A stretch of 64,000 nt of DNA. Origin: Longimicrobiales bacterium. GTDB taxonomy: Bacteria; Gemmatimonadota; Gemmatimonadetes; Longimicrobiales; Gaopeijiaceae. The stretch spans positions 1,664,001 through 1,728,000 of the forward strand of contig OZ250165.1 in assembly GCA_965238005.1 (NCBI GenBank). Direction: 5' to 3'. Positions 10,653 to 21,629 of the stretch are shown in pieces. The notes under the pieces were generated by a model. The model had not been told where the DNA came from, made no database searches, and was given only the letters and a program-made list of their open reading frames with translations. Each line of letters starts with the position of its first letter. The stretch's first letter is position 1. The position numbers and the translations under genes were made by a program.

Positions 10653-12253
10653 GAGTCTGCGCCGCAGAACCCTGCGGCGGCTATCTTTGGTGGTAGCGAA
10701 GGCATTGGGAAGGCTTGCGGATCACCGAGGGGGGTGAATGGGAACGACATTTCGACCGTACGATCCGGAGCAGATGTTGTTGCTGCCTCCGGATCTTCGG
10801 GAGTGGGTGTCGGAGGGTCATTTGGCGCACCATGTGAGCGACCTGGTGGACGCGGTGGAGCTGAGCGCGTTCTACGGGCGGTACCGGGGGGACGGGCGGC
10901 GCAACTCGCCGTACGACCCTCGGATGATGGTCAAGGTGCTGATCTACGCGTATGCGACGGGCACCTTCTCGTCGCGGAAGATGGCGAGGAAGCTGGAGGA
11001 GGATGTCGCGTTTCGGATGCTGGCGGCGGAGAACTTCCCGAAGCACCGGACGCTGTGCGAGTTCCGCAAGCGCCATCTCGGGGATTTCCGGGCGGTGTTT
11101 GTGGAGGTGGTGATGCTCGCGCGGGCCTTGGGGCTGGCGGGGCTTGGCAGGGTGTCGGTGGACGGGACGAAGGTTCGGGCGAACGCGAACAAGCGCAAGG
11201 CGATGAGCTACGGCCGGATGGTGACCGGGGAGCCTCGGCTGGAGGCGGAGATCCGGGGGCTGTTGGAGAGGGCCGAGGCGGTGGACGAAGCGGAAGACGA
11301 GCGCTACGGCGAGGAAGCATGCGGAGACGAGGTGCCGGAGGAGCTCAAGCGGCGCGAGGACCGGCTGGCGGCGATCCGGGAGGCGAAGGCGCGCCTGGAA
11401 GCCGAGCAGAGAGCGGCGGACGACGCACGGGGCCGCAAGCCGGGGCAGACGCGCAACCCGAAGGGCGGCAGGCCCTACAAGCGGGAGTACGGAGAGCCGG
11501 ACGAGGCGGCGCAGAGCAACTTCACGGACCCTGAGAGCCGGATCATGAAGACGAGTTCGGAGGGGTTCCAGCAGTGCTACAACGCACAGACGGTCGTGGA
11601 GGGGGAGAACCAGCTGGTGGTCGGGGCCGAGGTGACGGACAACGCGAGCGACCAGGGCCAGCTGGTGCCCATGGTCGACGCGGTGGCGCAAGCGTACGGC
11701 GAGACGCCGGCGCAGGTGCTGGCGGACACGGGCTATTGCAACGAGCGGGATCTCGAGGAACTGGAAGAGCGAGACATCGACGGGTATGTGGCGCTGGCCC
11801 GGGAGGGCAAGGCCGCCCCCACGGTTGACAAGGAGGAATATCCGGCGAAAGTCCGCATGGCGGAGAAGCTGGCGAGCGAAGATGGCCGCAGACGCTACGC
11901 ACGGCGAAAGTCGCAGGCCGAGGCGCCCATCGGCTGGATCAAGGAAGTGATGGGCTTTCGACGATTCAGCTTCCGGGGCCTCGAGAAGGTCCGGGCCGAG
12001 TGGACCCTCGTGTGCCTGGCACTCAATGTGAAGCGGCTGCACACCCTTCAGGCGGCATGACTGCACGAGGGTTCACCCGCATCTGCCGGCGCGAGGGCTC
12101 TCGTAGCTCTCTTGCCCCCCCAACGCATCCATTCCGCTCTCCCGATCCGTCGCAGACACAAGTCCTCAACCTCCCAATCACCCGGATCCGCCTCGCCGCG
12201 GACGGCTCGATGACCATTCGGCTCAGTCAGCTGTGCTTCTGCGGCGCAGAACC
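10653..12253 (+). mobile_element. IS1182-family insertion sequence, copy 1
   Basis: GAGTCTGCGCCGCAGAA terminal IRs (right IR has 2 mismatches); CTAG duplicated at 10649 and 12254. Confidence 0.95.
10738..12060 (+). CDS. IS1182-family DDE transposase
   Basis: PYDPRMMVKVLIYAY, SSRK, DGTKVRANA, NFTDPESRIMK, ADTGY, Y.RRK..AE..IG.IK. Confidence 0.95.
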   Translation: MGTTFRPYDPEQMLLLPPDLREWVSEGHLAHHVSDLVDAVELSAFYGRYRGDGRRNSPYDPRMMVKVLIYAYATGTFSSRKMARKLEEDVAFRMLAAENFPKHRTLCEFRKRHLGDFRAVFVEVVMLARALGLAGLGRVSVDGTKVRANANKRKAMSYGRMVTGEPRLEAEIRGLLERAEAVDEAEDERYGEEACGDEVPEELKRREDRLAAIREAKARLEAEQRAADDARGRKPGQTRNPKGGRPYKREYGEPDEAAQSNFTDPESRIMKTSSEGFQQCYNAQTVVEGENQLVVGAEVTDNASDQGQLVPMVDAVAQAYGETPAQVLADTGYCNERDLEELEERDIDGYVALAREGKAAPTVDKEEYPAKVRMAEKLASEDGRRRYARRKSQAEAPIGWIKEVMGFRRFSFRGLEKVRAEWTLVCLALNVKRLHTLQAA

Positions 12254-12995
12254 CTAGGTGAAGGCGGGATGGCTACGGTCTATCTGGCCGACGACCGACG
12301 CGATGAACGGAAAGTCGTGCTAAAGGTCCTCAAACGTGAGGAAAATCGGTGAGTACGGACGACGGCGGCGTTTGGGATCGTGCCCAGAAAGCCCTGGACG
12401 AGAGCTCGTCGCACATGGCCGAGCGGAGCGCCCTCAGGGTGCGACTCACGGCGTACATCGCTGAGCGGAGCGCCTGCGAGGCTAAGGGCACAGTCCCTCG
12501 CGGCGTTCGGAGACGGGGGGAGCGGCTCCTCGAGGAAGTCTCCGCTCTTGAGGAGCGCTTAGACCCGGTCGCCGATCGGATAGCAGAAGGAGACGCAGCC
12601 GTCCTCGTGGACGATGGAGCCACAAAAGCAACCGCCCCCACACGCCGCCTTGACACGGTGGGGGGAGAGGCTAAGCCTCCGCCTCCGCCACCTCCTTCGC
12701 CTCGAGTAACGCGTCCTCCGAGCCGAGGGTGTGGGGGTTGAGAAGGCGCTCGAAGTCCCGGCGAGGTCTGAGTAGCATCCACTCAGGAGGGCATATGTCG
12801 GGCAAAGCGATACGGGAGACACTTGGGTTCGTCGCAGTTCTCGCGGGACTGGTGCTCGTCAGGCTCTGCCCGAGTTGTCCTTAGAGATGATTCTGACTAT
12901 CGCCTGGGGAGGTCCTGCCAATCCGACCGCTTGGGGGGCAAGCTCTGCAAATCCCTCAGTGCCCCGTGTGCGTCGGCCCAGCCGCTCTCAGCTAA

Positions 12996-13547
12996 CTATT
13001 CGCAGTAAGACGCATCTTGGGGCTCAGGCGCAGGGAAATCGAAACTTCCGGTCACGGTTGCTCGCTCGCCCGAGCTGTTGCTCGCACTGAACTCGAAAGA
13101 ACCCCGAACCGGGTCCATCGAGCCGCCCAACGTTCCCTCAGGCAGCGATACAAGAGTGAGAGTTCCCTCAACCTGCCTGTTGAAGTAATCGACGGTCGAC
13201 CCCAGCTCTGCCCGTACCTCGAATTTGGTGCCAGTCTCGAACGGATTGACGTTCTCCAATGCGTATGTGCCTGCGTTTAGCGCACTCCCGATCGGGATCG
13301 TGAACGTGATGCCATTCTCACGGACGCCACGAGCGTCGGCAACAACCGAGTAACGGGGCAGCTTGACTACACGAGACTCATAGGCTGCGACGCAGAAGAA
13401 CGTCCCTGGGCCGGATAGTGCTGCCTCCCGATCCCCACTCACGCTGGCCACGAATCCTTCTTGCTGATAGCTGCCACCAGCGCCTTGCAGAAGCGTCATC
13501 GCGCCAAGAGCCGTTACAGCGACTGTGAGCAATGGAACCGGACGCAT
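12996..13547 (-). CDS. Hypothetical secreted protein
   Basis: Signal peptide, RBS AAGGAG, beta-rich body. Confidence 0.6.
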   Translation of the reverse strand: MRPVPLLTVAVTALGAMTLLQGAGGSYQQEGFVASVSGDREAALSGPGTFFCVAAYESRVVKLPRYSVVADARGVRENGITFTIPIGSALNAGTYALENVNPFETGTKFEVRAELGSTVDYFNRQVEGTLTLVSLPEGTLGGSMDPVRGSFEFSASNSSGERATVTGSFDFPAPEPQDASYCE

Positions 13548-13984
13548 GTTTATCTCCTTCTCAACGTGCTACGGACCCGGTCCCCAAGGATGCGTGGAAC
13601 GCATCGTCGGGCCGCATCTCGCATGAGGGTTAGGCGCACCGCGCGGGGCGGGCTCGCATGGCAATGCCGGTGAAGCAACCAATCATCCGCTCATTGTGTT
13701 GTCAAACGACTTGGGCGCGGCGCTGGAGACGGTGGGCTTCGTGAGCGTGATCATCGTGTCGGGGATCTCCGCGCTGGGGCTGCCGTTCGTGCTGCTGTAG
13801 GCGCGTACACCGCAAGCGCAGCGCGTTAACGCCCCTCTAGGCCACGAGGACGCTCCAGCCTACCCAGGATACCCGAATAAAGCCCGAAGACGCTCAAAAC
13901 GTGTTTGCAGGCGTCTAACAGGCTTCTCCTTGCGCCTACCGGCCCGCTCTCGGATGTTGACCTCGATCTGATCCCGGAGTGCCC

Positions 13985-16744
13985 GTGTCCGATCCAGTTG
14001 TCCGCCTTAATGCCGCCTTAGAAGGTCGCTACTCCATCGAGCGTGAGTTGGGCACTGGTGGCATGGCCACGGTCTACCTCGCCGCCGACCTCAAGCACGA
14101 ACGCAAGGTGGCCCTCAAGGTCTTGAAGCCTGAATTGGCTGCAGTAGTCGGCGCCAAGCGGTTCCTCTCCGAGATCAAGGTCACCGCCAACCTGAATCAT
14201 CCGCACATCCTGCCTCTCCACGATTCCGGGGAAGCAGACAGCTTCCTCTTCTATGTGATGCCCTACGTCGAGGGCGAGTCGCTCAGGGACCGCATCGACC
14301 GCGAGAAGCAGCTTCCGGTGGATGAGGCCGTTCGGATTGCCACAGCTGTGGCCAACGCACTCGACCACGCCCATCGCCACAACGTCATCCACCGGGACAT
14401 CAAACCTGCCAACATCCTGCTCCAGGACGGCGAGCCAGTGGTCGCGGACTTCGGGATCGCGCTGGCTGTCGGAGCAGGAGGCGGCACCCGACTCACCAAG
14501 ACGGGAGCCAGCGTCGGCACGCCGCACTACATGAGCCCGGAGCAAGCGACGGGTGATCAGCGGGTGGGCGCTTCCACCGACACCTACGCGCTGGGGTCCG
14601 TGCTGTACGAGATGCTGGTGGGAGAGCCTCCCTATCCGGGCACGACCGCCCAGGCGGTCCTCGGCAAGATCATCCAGAGCAAACCCGTCTCGGCTTCGGA
14701 ACGGCGGCCATCGATTCCCGCGAACGTGGATGCGGCGATCCGTTGTGCGCTGGAGAAGCTCCCGGCGGATCGGTTCACTTCGGCGCAGGACTTCGTGAGG
14801 GCGCTGGGGGATGAGCACTTCCGGTACGGGGAAGAGGCAGCGGCAGGCGCAGGTGCCGCCTCGGGTCCGTGGAAGCGACTGAGCATTGGGCTCACGGGAC
14901 TCGCGACACTGCTCGCGGTGACCGTGGTCGTACTCACTTCGAGACCGCCCGAGCGGCTGACGCCCGAGGTGGTGCGCTTCAGCGTGCCGGTGGGTCGGGA
15001 CTCTGAAGTCTACTTGGGTGGATTCGACGCGTTTGTCGGGCCTCCCGCTTACACGTCACTGGCGTTCTCACCCGATGGGGACCTATTGGTCTATTCGGCC
15101 CGGGACGAGGACTCGTGGCAGCTGTACCAGCAGAGACTGGACCAGGAGAGTGCCGAGCCCATCGAAGGTACGGAGGGTGGCTTTGCCCCGTTCTTTTCGC
15201 CGGACGGTGCATGGATCTGTTTCTTCGACGGGTCGTCGTGGAAGCGAGTCTCACTGGCTGGCGGCAATGCGGAAACAATCGCCCCGGACATTGAGAGTCG
15301 GTTTCCTTATGGGGCGACATGGGGCGACGACGAGACGATCGTAGTTGCCGTTAGCGGTGCTAGCGATGCTCTGTACCAGGTAGCGGCTACCGGTGGGGAA
15401 CTGGAGTTGCTGGCCGAGGCAGACCCGCTGCCGGGCGAGTTTTTCGTCTACTCCCAGCCTCACATGCTACCGGGCAGCGAGGCACTCCTGTTCCAGGTCA
15501 TGCGATCTCGCGATCCGGAGCAAGCCGAGATCGTCGCGTTGGACCTCGCCACCGGAACGCAGAAGACGGTGCTGACCGACGCCATGGACCCGCGCTTTGT
15601 GGAGACGGGACATCTTCTCTTCATGCGCCAGGGCACGCTCATGGCCGTCGGGTTCGACCTCGAACGAGTCGAAGTACAAGGCCAGCCAGTGATCATGCTT
15701 GGGGGGGTCATGCACTCGCTGTTCATGCCGAATTCCAATTGGAATACGGGCGCCGCGCAGGTTGCCGTCTCGGCGTCCGGTCATCTCGCCTATGCGCTCG
15801 GTGGTGTCTATCCGGAGGTACCTAACATGGCCGTGCGCGTCACCAGTACCGGTGACACCATGCCTCTCGACATGGACAGACGTGAGTACGGCCGCTTTCG
15901 GGTTTCCCCCGAGGGCGACCGTCTCGCCTTTGCCGCCGGACCGGGACTGCATAAAGAGATCTGGGTGCACGATCTAATCCGAGGTGTGAGTCAGCGTCTG
16001 AACACCGGGGGCTTCGTCAATTTTTTAATGGAATGGAGCCCTGATGGCCGATCGATCGCTTTCAGCTCGGACCATGACCAGGCTCGAAGCAATCTGTATC
16101 GCCTCCCGGCGGACGGCAGCGGCGAGCCGGAGCGGTTGGCTCCTTCTGACCGAACTCAACAGATGTCATCGTGGTCTTCCGAGGGGGTCATCGCCTGGCT
16201 GGAGGCAGGCAACATCTGGCTGTTGCCGCCCGACGGTGCTCCGGCACCCTTCTTTACGTCGGAGGCAACTGAGAGGTACCCGACCTTTTCTCCCGACGGT
16301 CGGTGGCTTGCGTATACGTCGAACGAAAGCGGGCGGTTTGAAGTCTACGTGCGACCCTATCCAGGCCCGGAACCTGCGACGCTGATCTCCGGCGACGGCG
16401 GCTCGGATCCGGCTTGGTCGCCCGATGGTCGGCAGATCTACTACGCACAGCCTCCCGATCCGCCCTCCGTTTTGATGGCTGTCGACGTAGCCCCGGGGGA
16501 TGAGTTTCAGGCGGGTCGCCCGGTGCCACTCATCGATGGCTGGACTTTCCTACGGACCCCCGTGCGGGGCTACGATGTCTTCGCCGACGGCTCGTTTGTC
16601 ATCGCCGTGCAGGACGATGACAACAGCCAGACGGGCGGGGATGGACAGTCGATTGTCGCGAGGAGGCTCGAGCGGTTCGGGGCTACTGAGTTGCACGTCA
16701 TCCTCAACTGGTTCGAGGAACTCAAGGCACGGGTGCCCAATTGA
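13985..16744 (+). CDS. Hanks-type Ser/Thr protein kinase with TM helix and C-terminal TolB/PD40 beta-propeller
   Basis: GTGGMATVY, VALK, HRDIKPANIL, DFG, GTPHYMSPE; many FSPDG repeats; ends ILNWFEELKARVPN. Confidence 0.95.
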   Translation: MSDPVVRLNAALEGRYSIERELGTGGMATVYLAADLKHERKVALKVLKPELAAVVGAKRFLSEIKVTANLNHPHILPLHDSGEADSFLFYVMPYVEGESLRDRIDREKQLPVDEAVRIATAVANALDHAHRHNVIHRDIKPANILLQDGEPVVADFGIALAVGAGGGTRLTKTGASVGTPHYMSPEQATGDQRVGASTDTYALGSVLYEMLVGEPPYPGTTAQAVLGKIIQSKPVSASERRPSIPANVDAAIRCALEKLPADRFTSAQDFVRALGDEHFRYGEEAAAGAGAASGPWKRLSIGLTGLATLLAVTVVVLTSRPPERLTPEVVRFSVPVGRDSEVYLGGFDAFVGPPAYTSLAFSPDGDLLVYSARDEDSWQLYQQRLDQESAEPIEGTEGGFAPFFSPDGAWICFFDGSSWKRVSLAGGNAETIAPDIESRFPYGATWGDDETIVVAVSGASDALYQVAATGGELELLAEADPLPGEFFVYSQPHMLPGSEALLFQVMRSRDPEQAEIVALDLATGTQKTVLTDAMDPRFVETGHLLFMRQGTLMAVGFDLERVEVQGQPVIMLGGVMHSLFMPNSNWNTGAAQVAVSASGHLAYALGGVYPEVPNMAVRVTSTGDTMPLDMDRREYGRFRVSPEGDRLAFAAGPGLHKEIWVHDLIRGVSQRLNTGGFVNFLMEWSPDGRSIAFSSDHDQARSNLYRLPADGSGEPERLAPSDRTQQMSSWSSEGVIAWLEAGNIWLLPPDGAPAPFFTSEATERYPTFSPDGRWLAYTSNESGRFEVYVRPYPGPEPATLISGDGGSDPAWSPDGRQIYYAQPPDPPSVLMAVDVAPGDEFQAGRPVPLIDGWTFLRTPVRGYDVFADGSFVIAVQDDDNSQTGGDGQSIVARRLERFGATELHVILNWFEELKARVPN

Positions 16745-16821
16745 CCCGCCCGGTCCCCTGGCTTCGCGTCATGGTGGAAGGCGCGGTGATCGGGGGCAAA
16801 TTGGAGAACTAGCGGCCCTCG

Positions 16822-16920
16822 CATCAGCCCCATCCAGCCATCGCCCAACATCAGCATCACCCATAGCTTCAGAGCATGGGTATACCTCCTGGGGCAGCTT
16901 CGGGTTTAGCTCGGGCCGTT
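16822..16920 (+). repeat. Kinase 3'-flank repeat (native position)
   Basis: Matches 2648-2698, 19031-19150 and 30100-30230. Confidence 0.8.
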
Positions 16921-17023
16921 TCACTGCCGACCCTGCCCCGTCCCCCTGTCACATTCGGGGCTCCTCATTCGTTTCCATGGGCGATGAGAACTCCTAGCCG
17001 GGACTGAAGTAACGGAGTAACCA

Positions 17024-17377
17024 ATGAGATCAGGTTGTGTCTTCGCGCTGGTGGCCGCGGTGGTAGTGGCGTGCGGTGACGGCCCGACCGGCCCTGAGAT
17101 GGGAACCGTCGAAGTGGAGGTGACTGCGTCAGGGGAAAGCATCGACATAGGCGGACTGGTCGTCAGTCTGGACGATGGCGCCCAGATCAAGGACCTCGAC
17201 GCCTCAGGCAGCGTCACCTTTGAGGTGGAGGCCGGCGATCACACCGTGGAGCTGACCGATATCGCCTCGAACTGCACGGTGGATGGCGACAACCCCGTCT
17301 CCGTGACGGTGACAGCGGAAGAGACCTCCACCGTGAGCTTCGCGCTTACCTGCGCGCCTATCCCTCCCCCAACCTAG
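17024..17377 (+). CDS. Small lipoprotein (PEGA/Ig-like domain)
   Basis: VVAC lipobox; G.HTVELT.IASNC.V.G.NP.SVTV pattern. Confidence 0.75.
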   Translation: MRSGCVFALVAAVVVACGDGPTGPEMGTVEVEVTASGESIDIGGLVVSLDDGAQIKDLDASGSVTFEVEAGDHTVELTDIASNCTVDGDNPVSVTVTAEETSTVSFALTCAPIPPPT

Positions 17378-17671
17378 GCAGGAGTTCGAGGTGGAGACGG
17401 ATCAGCCAGGGGAGTGGCCGGTGCCGTTTTGTAGTGAGACGGTACGGCGGGTGGTGGTGGAGTAGCTTTCAGCTCTTTGGTTGTATCTCTATAAGGGAGA
17501 TGATGACGACCATCTTCAACGTGCCGACGAATCCACCGAGCGAGCCGTCCATCCGGCACGATGCCGGTGAGCAGCTTAGGGACGCAAGCCCGGTGCGTCA
17601 TCGCGCCTCCTGAACGAGAAGACGGCCACCTCCGAACGATGGGGGTGGCCGTCGCTCGAACTTCGATCCGT

Positions 17672-18922
17672 CTATTGCCTGGGATCGACCATCCTGCCCA
17701 TGAAGAGGATCGTCCCGGAGAGGCGCTCACGAATAGCGAAGAGGAACGGGCGGTCGATGACGAACGTCGCCGGCGCGCTTCTCTCATTGACTACGACGGA
17801 CGTGACGGCGGCCGCCTCGGTGCCTTCCTCGTTCACCTGGACAAACGTCTTGTGCTTCACCTCGCTGATGTAGAGATCACCCGCGGGGTTGATCTTGGTG
17901 AAATCGGCGGCTCCCGTGAAAGCAACGCCCATTCCCAGGGAAGTCAGCACGTCGTTCAGGCTGATCTCGTACTCGAACGAAAACTTCGGCATTACGACGA
18001 ACGCCTCGGTCTCGTGAAGATTCGCGATCCACAAGGCCCACCGTTCGGCGTCGAGCGCCCCGACCACCGATTGGAGCGAGACGTCAGGGTGCGGCAACAG
18101 CACCGTCATCGTGAATGCGTCCCCGCCGTACGGCATCTCGACAACGGATACCAGATCGTCCCAGGCCGTGCGTACGTCGGCTTTCTCCTTGTGAGACATC
18201 GTGGACGTCGTGATTTCGGTACCGTCGAGCAGCGTGAACGGAGCGTCTCGTGTCAGGTCCTTGTCGAACTGATGCCTCCAATTGCCCTTGAAGTAGACCG
18301 CGTTGATCAGGAACATGACGGTCAGGGGATCAATCGGATCGTCGACGATCTCCTCGATCCGTCTATTCGTACCATCGCTCACCCACTGGTTCATGACGTC
18401 TGCGGCACCGGGCGCGCTGAAATCCAGAGCTTCCACCTGAGCGTCGAAGAAGGTGCGGTTGATATCGAGGAATGAGGGTTCAACGAAGAAGCCCTCCCGG
18501 TACCAGATGGAATTGGCCAACTGCCACTCGATCTGAGGGTCCAGATCGAACAGCAAGTCGATGAGATCCCGGTAGCCCTGATTGACGTCGTCCAAGTTCA
18601 GGCCCTGGAACTCGAGCGTCTGAGCCATGGCCTGCTGCGTCTCGCCGGCGGCGCCGTTGTAGGTCATCCCGAGCGCCATGCTGACGCTAAGCGGCGACAC
18701 GAAGATGTTGGAGCCGGCAGCCTCCTGCGCATCGATCTCACGGAACAACTTCAATGCGAAAGCATTGTCCGCCTCGATCAGATTGAGCTCCGCCTGGCTC
18801 AAGCTTCGCGGCAACTCGGTGATGAGGGCCGGCAGTGAACCCGGTCCGGTGGGATCGCTAAAGCAACTGATGGCGATCAGTGTGATGAGGCCTACGAGCG
18901 GCAAACAAAGAACGGGTTTCAT
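17672..18922 (-). CDS. Serpin (serine protease inhibitor), probable lipoprotein
   Basis: NIFVSPLSVSMALGM, NAVYFKG.W, EEGTEAAAVT hinge, F.IDRPFLF.I....ILFMG; start reassigned to MKPVLC. Confidence 0.93.
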   Translation of the reverse strand: MKPVLCLPLVGLITLIAISCFSDPTGPGSLPALITELPRSLSQAELNLIEADNAFALKLFREIDAQEAAGSNIFVSPLSVSMALGMTYNGAAGETQQAMAQTLEFQGLNLDDVNQGYRDLIDLLFDLDPQIEWQLANSIWYREGFFVEPSFLDINRTFFDAQVEALDFSAPGAADVMNQWVSDGTNRRIEEIVDDPIDPLTVMFLINAVYFKGNWRHQFDKDLTRDAPFTLLDGTEITTSTMSHKEKADVRTAWDDLVSVVEMPYGGDAFTMTVLLPHPDVSLQSVVGALDAERWALWIANLHETEAFVVMPKFSFEYEISLNDVLTSLGMGVAFTGAADFTKINPAGDLYISEVKHKTFVQVNEEGTEAAAVTSVVVNERSAPATFVIDRPFLFAIRERLSGTILFMGRMVDPRQ

Positions 18923-19030
18923 ATGACCTTCCGACCGAAGGTAGTCTCCTAGTCTAGGAAGAAACGCTCGAGGGCCAGCATTTGTGACAAGACGCTTACG
19001 CAGCTCGTACCGGGAGCGGTAACAATGGAG

Positions 19031-19150
19031 CCACCGCATCGCCCGATCATCGCACCTAGCTTGAGGCGCTTGGGCATTTCATCCTGGGGCAGCTTCGGGT
19101 TTGGCTCAGTTCAGCCGCAGACTCGTACTCCTTGGCTCGCGGTCCGATGC
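19031..19150 (+). repeat. Kinase 3'-flank repeat
   Basis: TCCTGGGGCAGCTTCGGGTTTGGCTCAGTTCAGCCGCAGACTCG shared with 16887-16912 and 30163-30196. Confidence 0.75.
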
Positions 19151-20253
19151 GAACCCTTCGGTGACACCCGCACGCTCACGACACTGACGGGGCCGGTGAA
19201 GACGTTCCGGGCAGGCTTCTTCGTAAGCGACCGAGTATCGATCGAACCGAGGATCGACTTCGATTACATCAAGCCTGAGGGTGGGGATGCTTTCACCAAC
19301 GTGGGCCTTTCGCTCGGTGGTCTCTTTCATTTCACTCCGGAGCGGGAGCGTTCTCAGACTCTCTCTCCTCATCCCCATCCTCAAATCCGCCCGATGACCC
19401 CCATTTAGGATCCATACGCACCCTTTAGATATTGATACCCCCTGCGAGGCTACATCGGCGACTGAAAAGAATGTTCAGCGGATAATGTTCGGGAATTGGT
19501 GAGGCGGGCATATCAGCCCCACCTGCCGATGACCCCCAAAAGGGACTCCTATTCTATGGATGTTAGAAACTACCCTAGGCGAGGCTGGATGAGTGGTTGG
19601 GATTAATGTTCAGTGGATATTGTTTGGAGCTGTCCCGTTTCAGTGGACGGGTGAACACTGAGGTTTATAGTCTGTCCCCCTCGCTGGGGAGAGGAAAGCT
19701 TCCCCCGCGCAGCGGGGGAGTAAAGGGCAACTTGGCCACGCAGGTTTCTCATGCTGCCGCTCCGTGGCGACGCTCGAAGTTGATGGGCGACAGCTGACCC
19801 AGTGCCGAGTGTCGCCTCCGGGGGTTGTAGAAGCCCTCGATGAAGTCGAACACGGCCATCTTCGCCTCGGCCTGGGTCCGGAAGCGCTGCCGGTCGAGTA
19901 GCTCGCACTCGAGCGTCGCGAAGAAGCTCTCGCACATCGCGTTGTCGTAGGCGTCGCCCACGGAGCCCATCGAGGGCCGCACACCGACATCGTTGCAGCG
20001 TAGGCCGAAGGCGATCGAGGTGTACTGGGTTCCCTGATCACTGTGATGGATGACGCATTCGGGCCGGCGCTGCCAGGTCGCCATGTTCAGCGCGTCCAGG
20101 ACGAGCTCGGTGCGCAGGTGCGTAGCCATCGACCACCCGACCACCCGCCTGCTCCAGACGTCGAGCACAACCGCGAGGTACAAGAACCCCGCCCAGGTCG
20201 GGATGTAGGTGATGTCGGCCACCCACAACTGGTCTGGCCCGTCTGCGCTGAAG

Positions 20254-21629
20254 GGTCAAGTCCCGATTTGTGTGTAAAAGCGGAGGAAGCTCCTCGCCTT
20301 CGGCTAGGCTGCTTGGGCGACCTCCTGTTTCTGGAGGAGTGACAGGTCGAGGTAACGCCGGTCGCCCCAGACGTGTGTGGTCCTGAGTGCGACGGCCGTG
20401 ATGAGCCTGAGGGCGCTGGCCCGGTCCGGGAAGGCGCCGGCGGCCTTGATCCTGCGTTTGATCTCGCCGTGCAGCCGCTCGAGGCTGTTGGTGGTACGCA
20501 GCCGGGGCCAGTGCGCCTCGGGGAACGCGTAGAACTGCGTCGCTGCCCCGAAGCCCCGCTCCAGGACCTCCACGGCCTCGGGCAGCTCCTTCTTCCAGCG
20601 TGCGCCGAACTCGCCCAGGAGCTTCTTCGCCTCGGCGAGTCCGGATGTCTGGAAGATCACCGAGACCTCACGCGCCACGCGCTTGCGTAGGCGGTGGGGG
20701 ACCCTCGCCCCCACATTACGCTGCAGATGGACCGTACACCTCTGACGGCGTGCCTCGGGCAGGAAGCGGCGGACCGCAGCTGCCAGGCCTGCGTGCTCAT
20801 CGGCGATCACGAGCTCGACACCGCCGAGGCCGCGGTCCTGGAGTTGCTCGAGGAGCTCCGACCAGCTCTGCTGCGACTCCTCAGCGCCCAGCGTGACGGC
20901 CAGGAGCCGTCGGTGACCCTCAGGGCCCACTGCATACGCCACGAGCGCACTCACGTTCTCGACTTTGCGGGCCCAGCGGGCGTCCAAGAACGTGGCGTCC
21001 AGGTACAGATAGGGGTGAGGCCCCTCGATCGGCGCACGGCGCAGCCCTTCCACGGCCTCGTCGAGCCGTTTTGCCACACGACTCACCGTCGAGCGCCCAA
21101 CACGCTCGCCCATCAGCGCCTCGGTGACGTCGCCCATCTTGCGCTGTGACACGCCGCTCACATACGCCTCGACCATCATCTCGTCGAGCTCGGGGCTCCT
21201 GCGCTGGTAGCGGCCGATCACGTCGGCCGGCGAACCGTTGTCCCGGCTCCGGGGCATGGCGACCTCGATCTGCCCCAGGCTCGTCAGCAGCCGCCTCAGG
21301 TATGTGCCGTTCCTATGGTCCTTCCGGCTTCCCACCCGCTCGAAGCGGCGTGCACCTACCATGGCCTTCAGCTCCTCTTCCAGCACCATCTCGAGCGTCA
21401 GCCGGATCGCGCCTTGAAACAGCTCGCGCAAATCATCGCGTAGCTCGTCTTGCGTGGCCCGACCGATCTCCACAATCTCTTGCATCGGAAGCTCCTCTCC
21501 GGTTCCGAGCCTGCTCTGCAGACCCGGACTCCCGGGTTCATGTGACAGTGAACAACAACAGAGGAGCTTCCGTTTTTCTTTCCCTCCTGTCCAGCTTATC
21601 CGCTTTTACACAAATCTAGGGACACTACC
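20254..21629 (-). mobile_element. IS256-family insertion sequence
   Basis: Imperfect IRs GGTCAAGTCCCGATTTGTGTGTAAAAGCGGA / GGTAGTGTCCCTAGATTTGTGTAAAAGCGGA; 8-bp TSD CGCTGAAG. Confidence 0.96.
20304..21485 (-). CDS. IS256 (Mutator) transposase
   Basis: RNG.Y.R, YLYLDAT, QRC.VH..RN, RTTN.LER...EIKRR. Confidence 0.95.
   Translation of the reverse strand: MQEIVEIGRATQDELRDDLRELFQGAIRLTLEMVLEEELKAMVGARRFERVGSRKDHRNGTYLRRLLTSLGQIEVAMPRSRDNGSPADVIGRYQRRSPELDEMMVEAYVSGVSQRKMGDVTEALMGERVGRSTVSRVAKRLDEAVEGLRRAPIEGPHPYLYLDATFLDARWARKVENVSALVAYAVGPEGHRRLLAVTLGAEESQQSWSELLEQLQDRGLGGVELVIADEHAGLAAAVRRFLPEARRQRCTVHLQRNVGARVPHRLRKRVAREVSVIFQTSGLAEAKKLLGEFGARWKKELPEAVEVLERGFGAATQFYAFPEAHWPRLRTTNSLERLHGEIKRRIKAAGAFPDRASALRLITAVALRTTHVWGDRRYLDLSLLQKQEVAQAA

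Larger units (their letters stand above)
10586..12352 (+). pseudogene. Ser/Thr kinase 5' stub interrupted by IS1182
   Basis: MSDPIVRLNTALEGRYAIEREL [IS] GEGGMATVYLADDRRDERKVVLKVLK, then a stop. Confidence 0.85.

Noticed and set aside
10681..12066. Long antisense or alternate-frame ORFs over IS transposases and GC-rich genes (461 aa, 266 aa, 299 aa, 304 aa, 380 aa, 432 aa etc.)
   Set aside because: Shadow ORFs caused by high-GC codon bias; no motifs, and they overlap well-supported genes.
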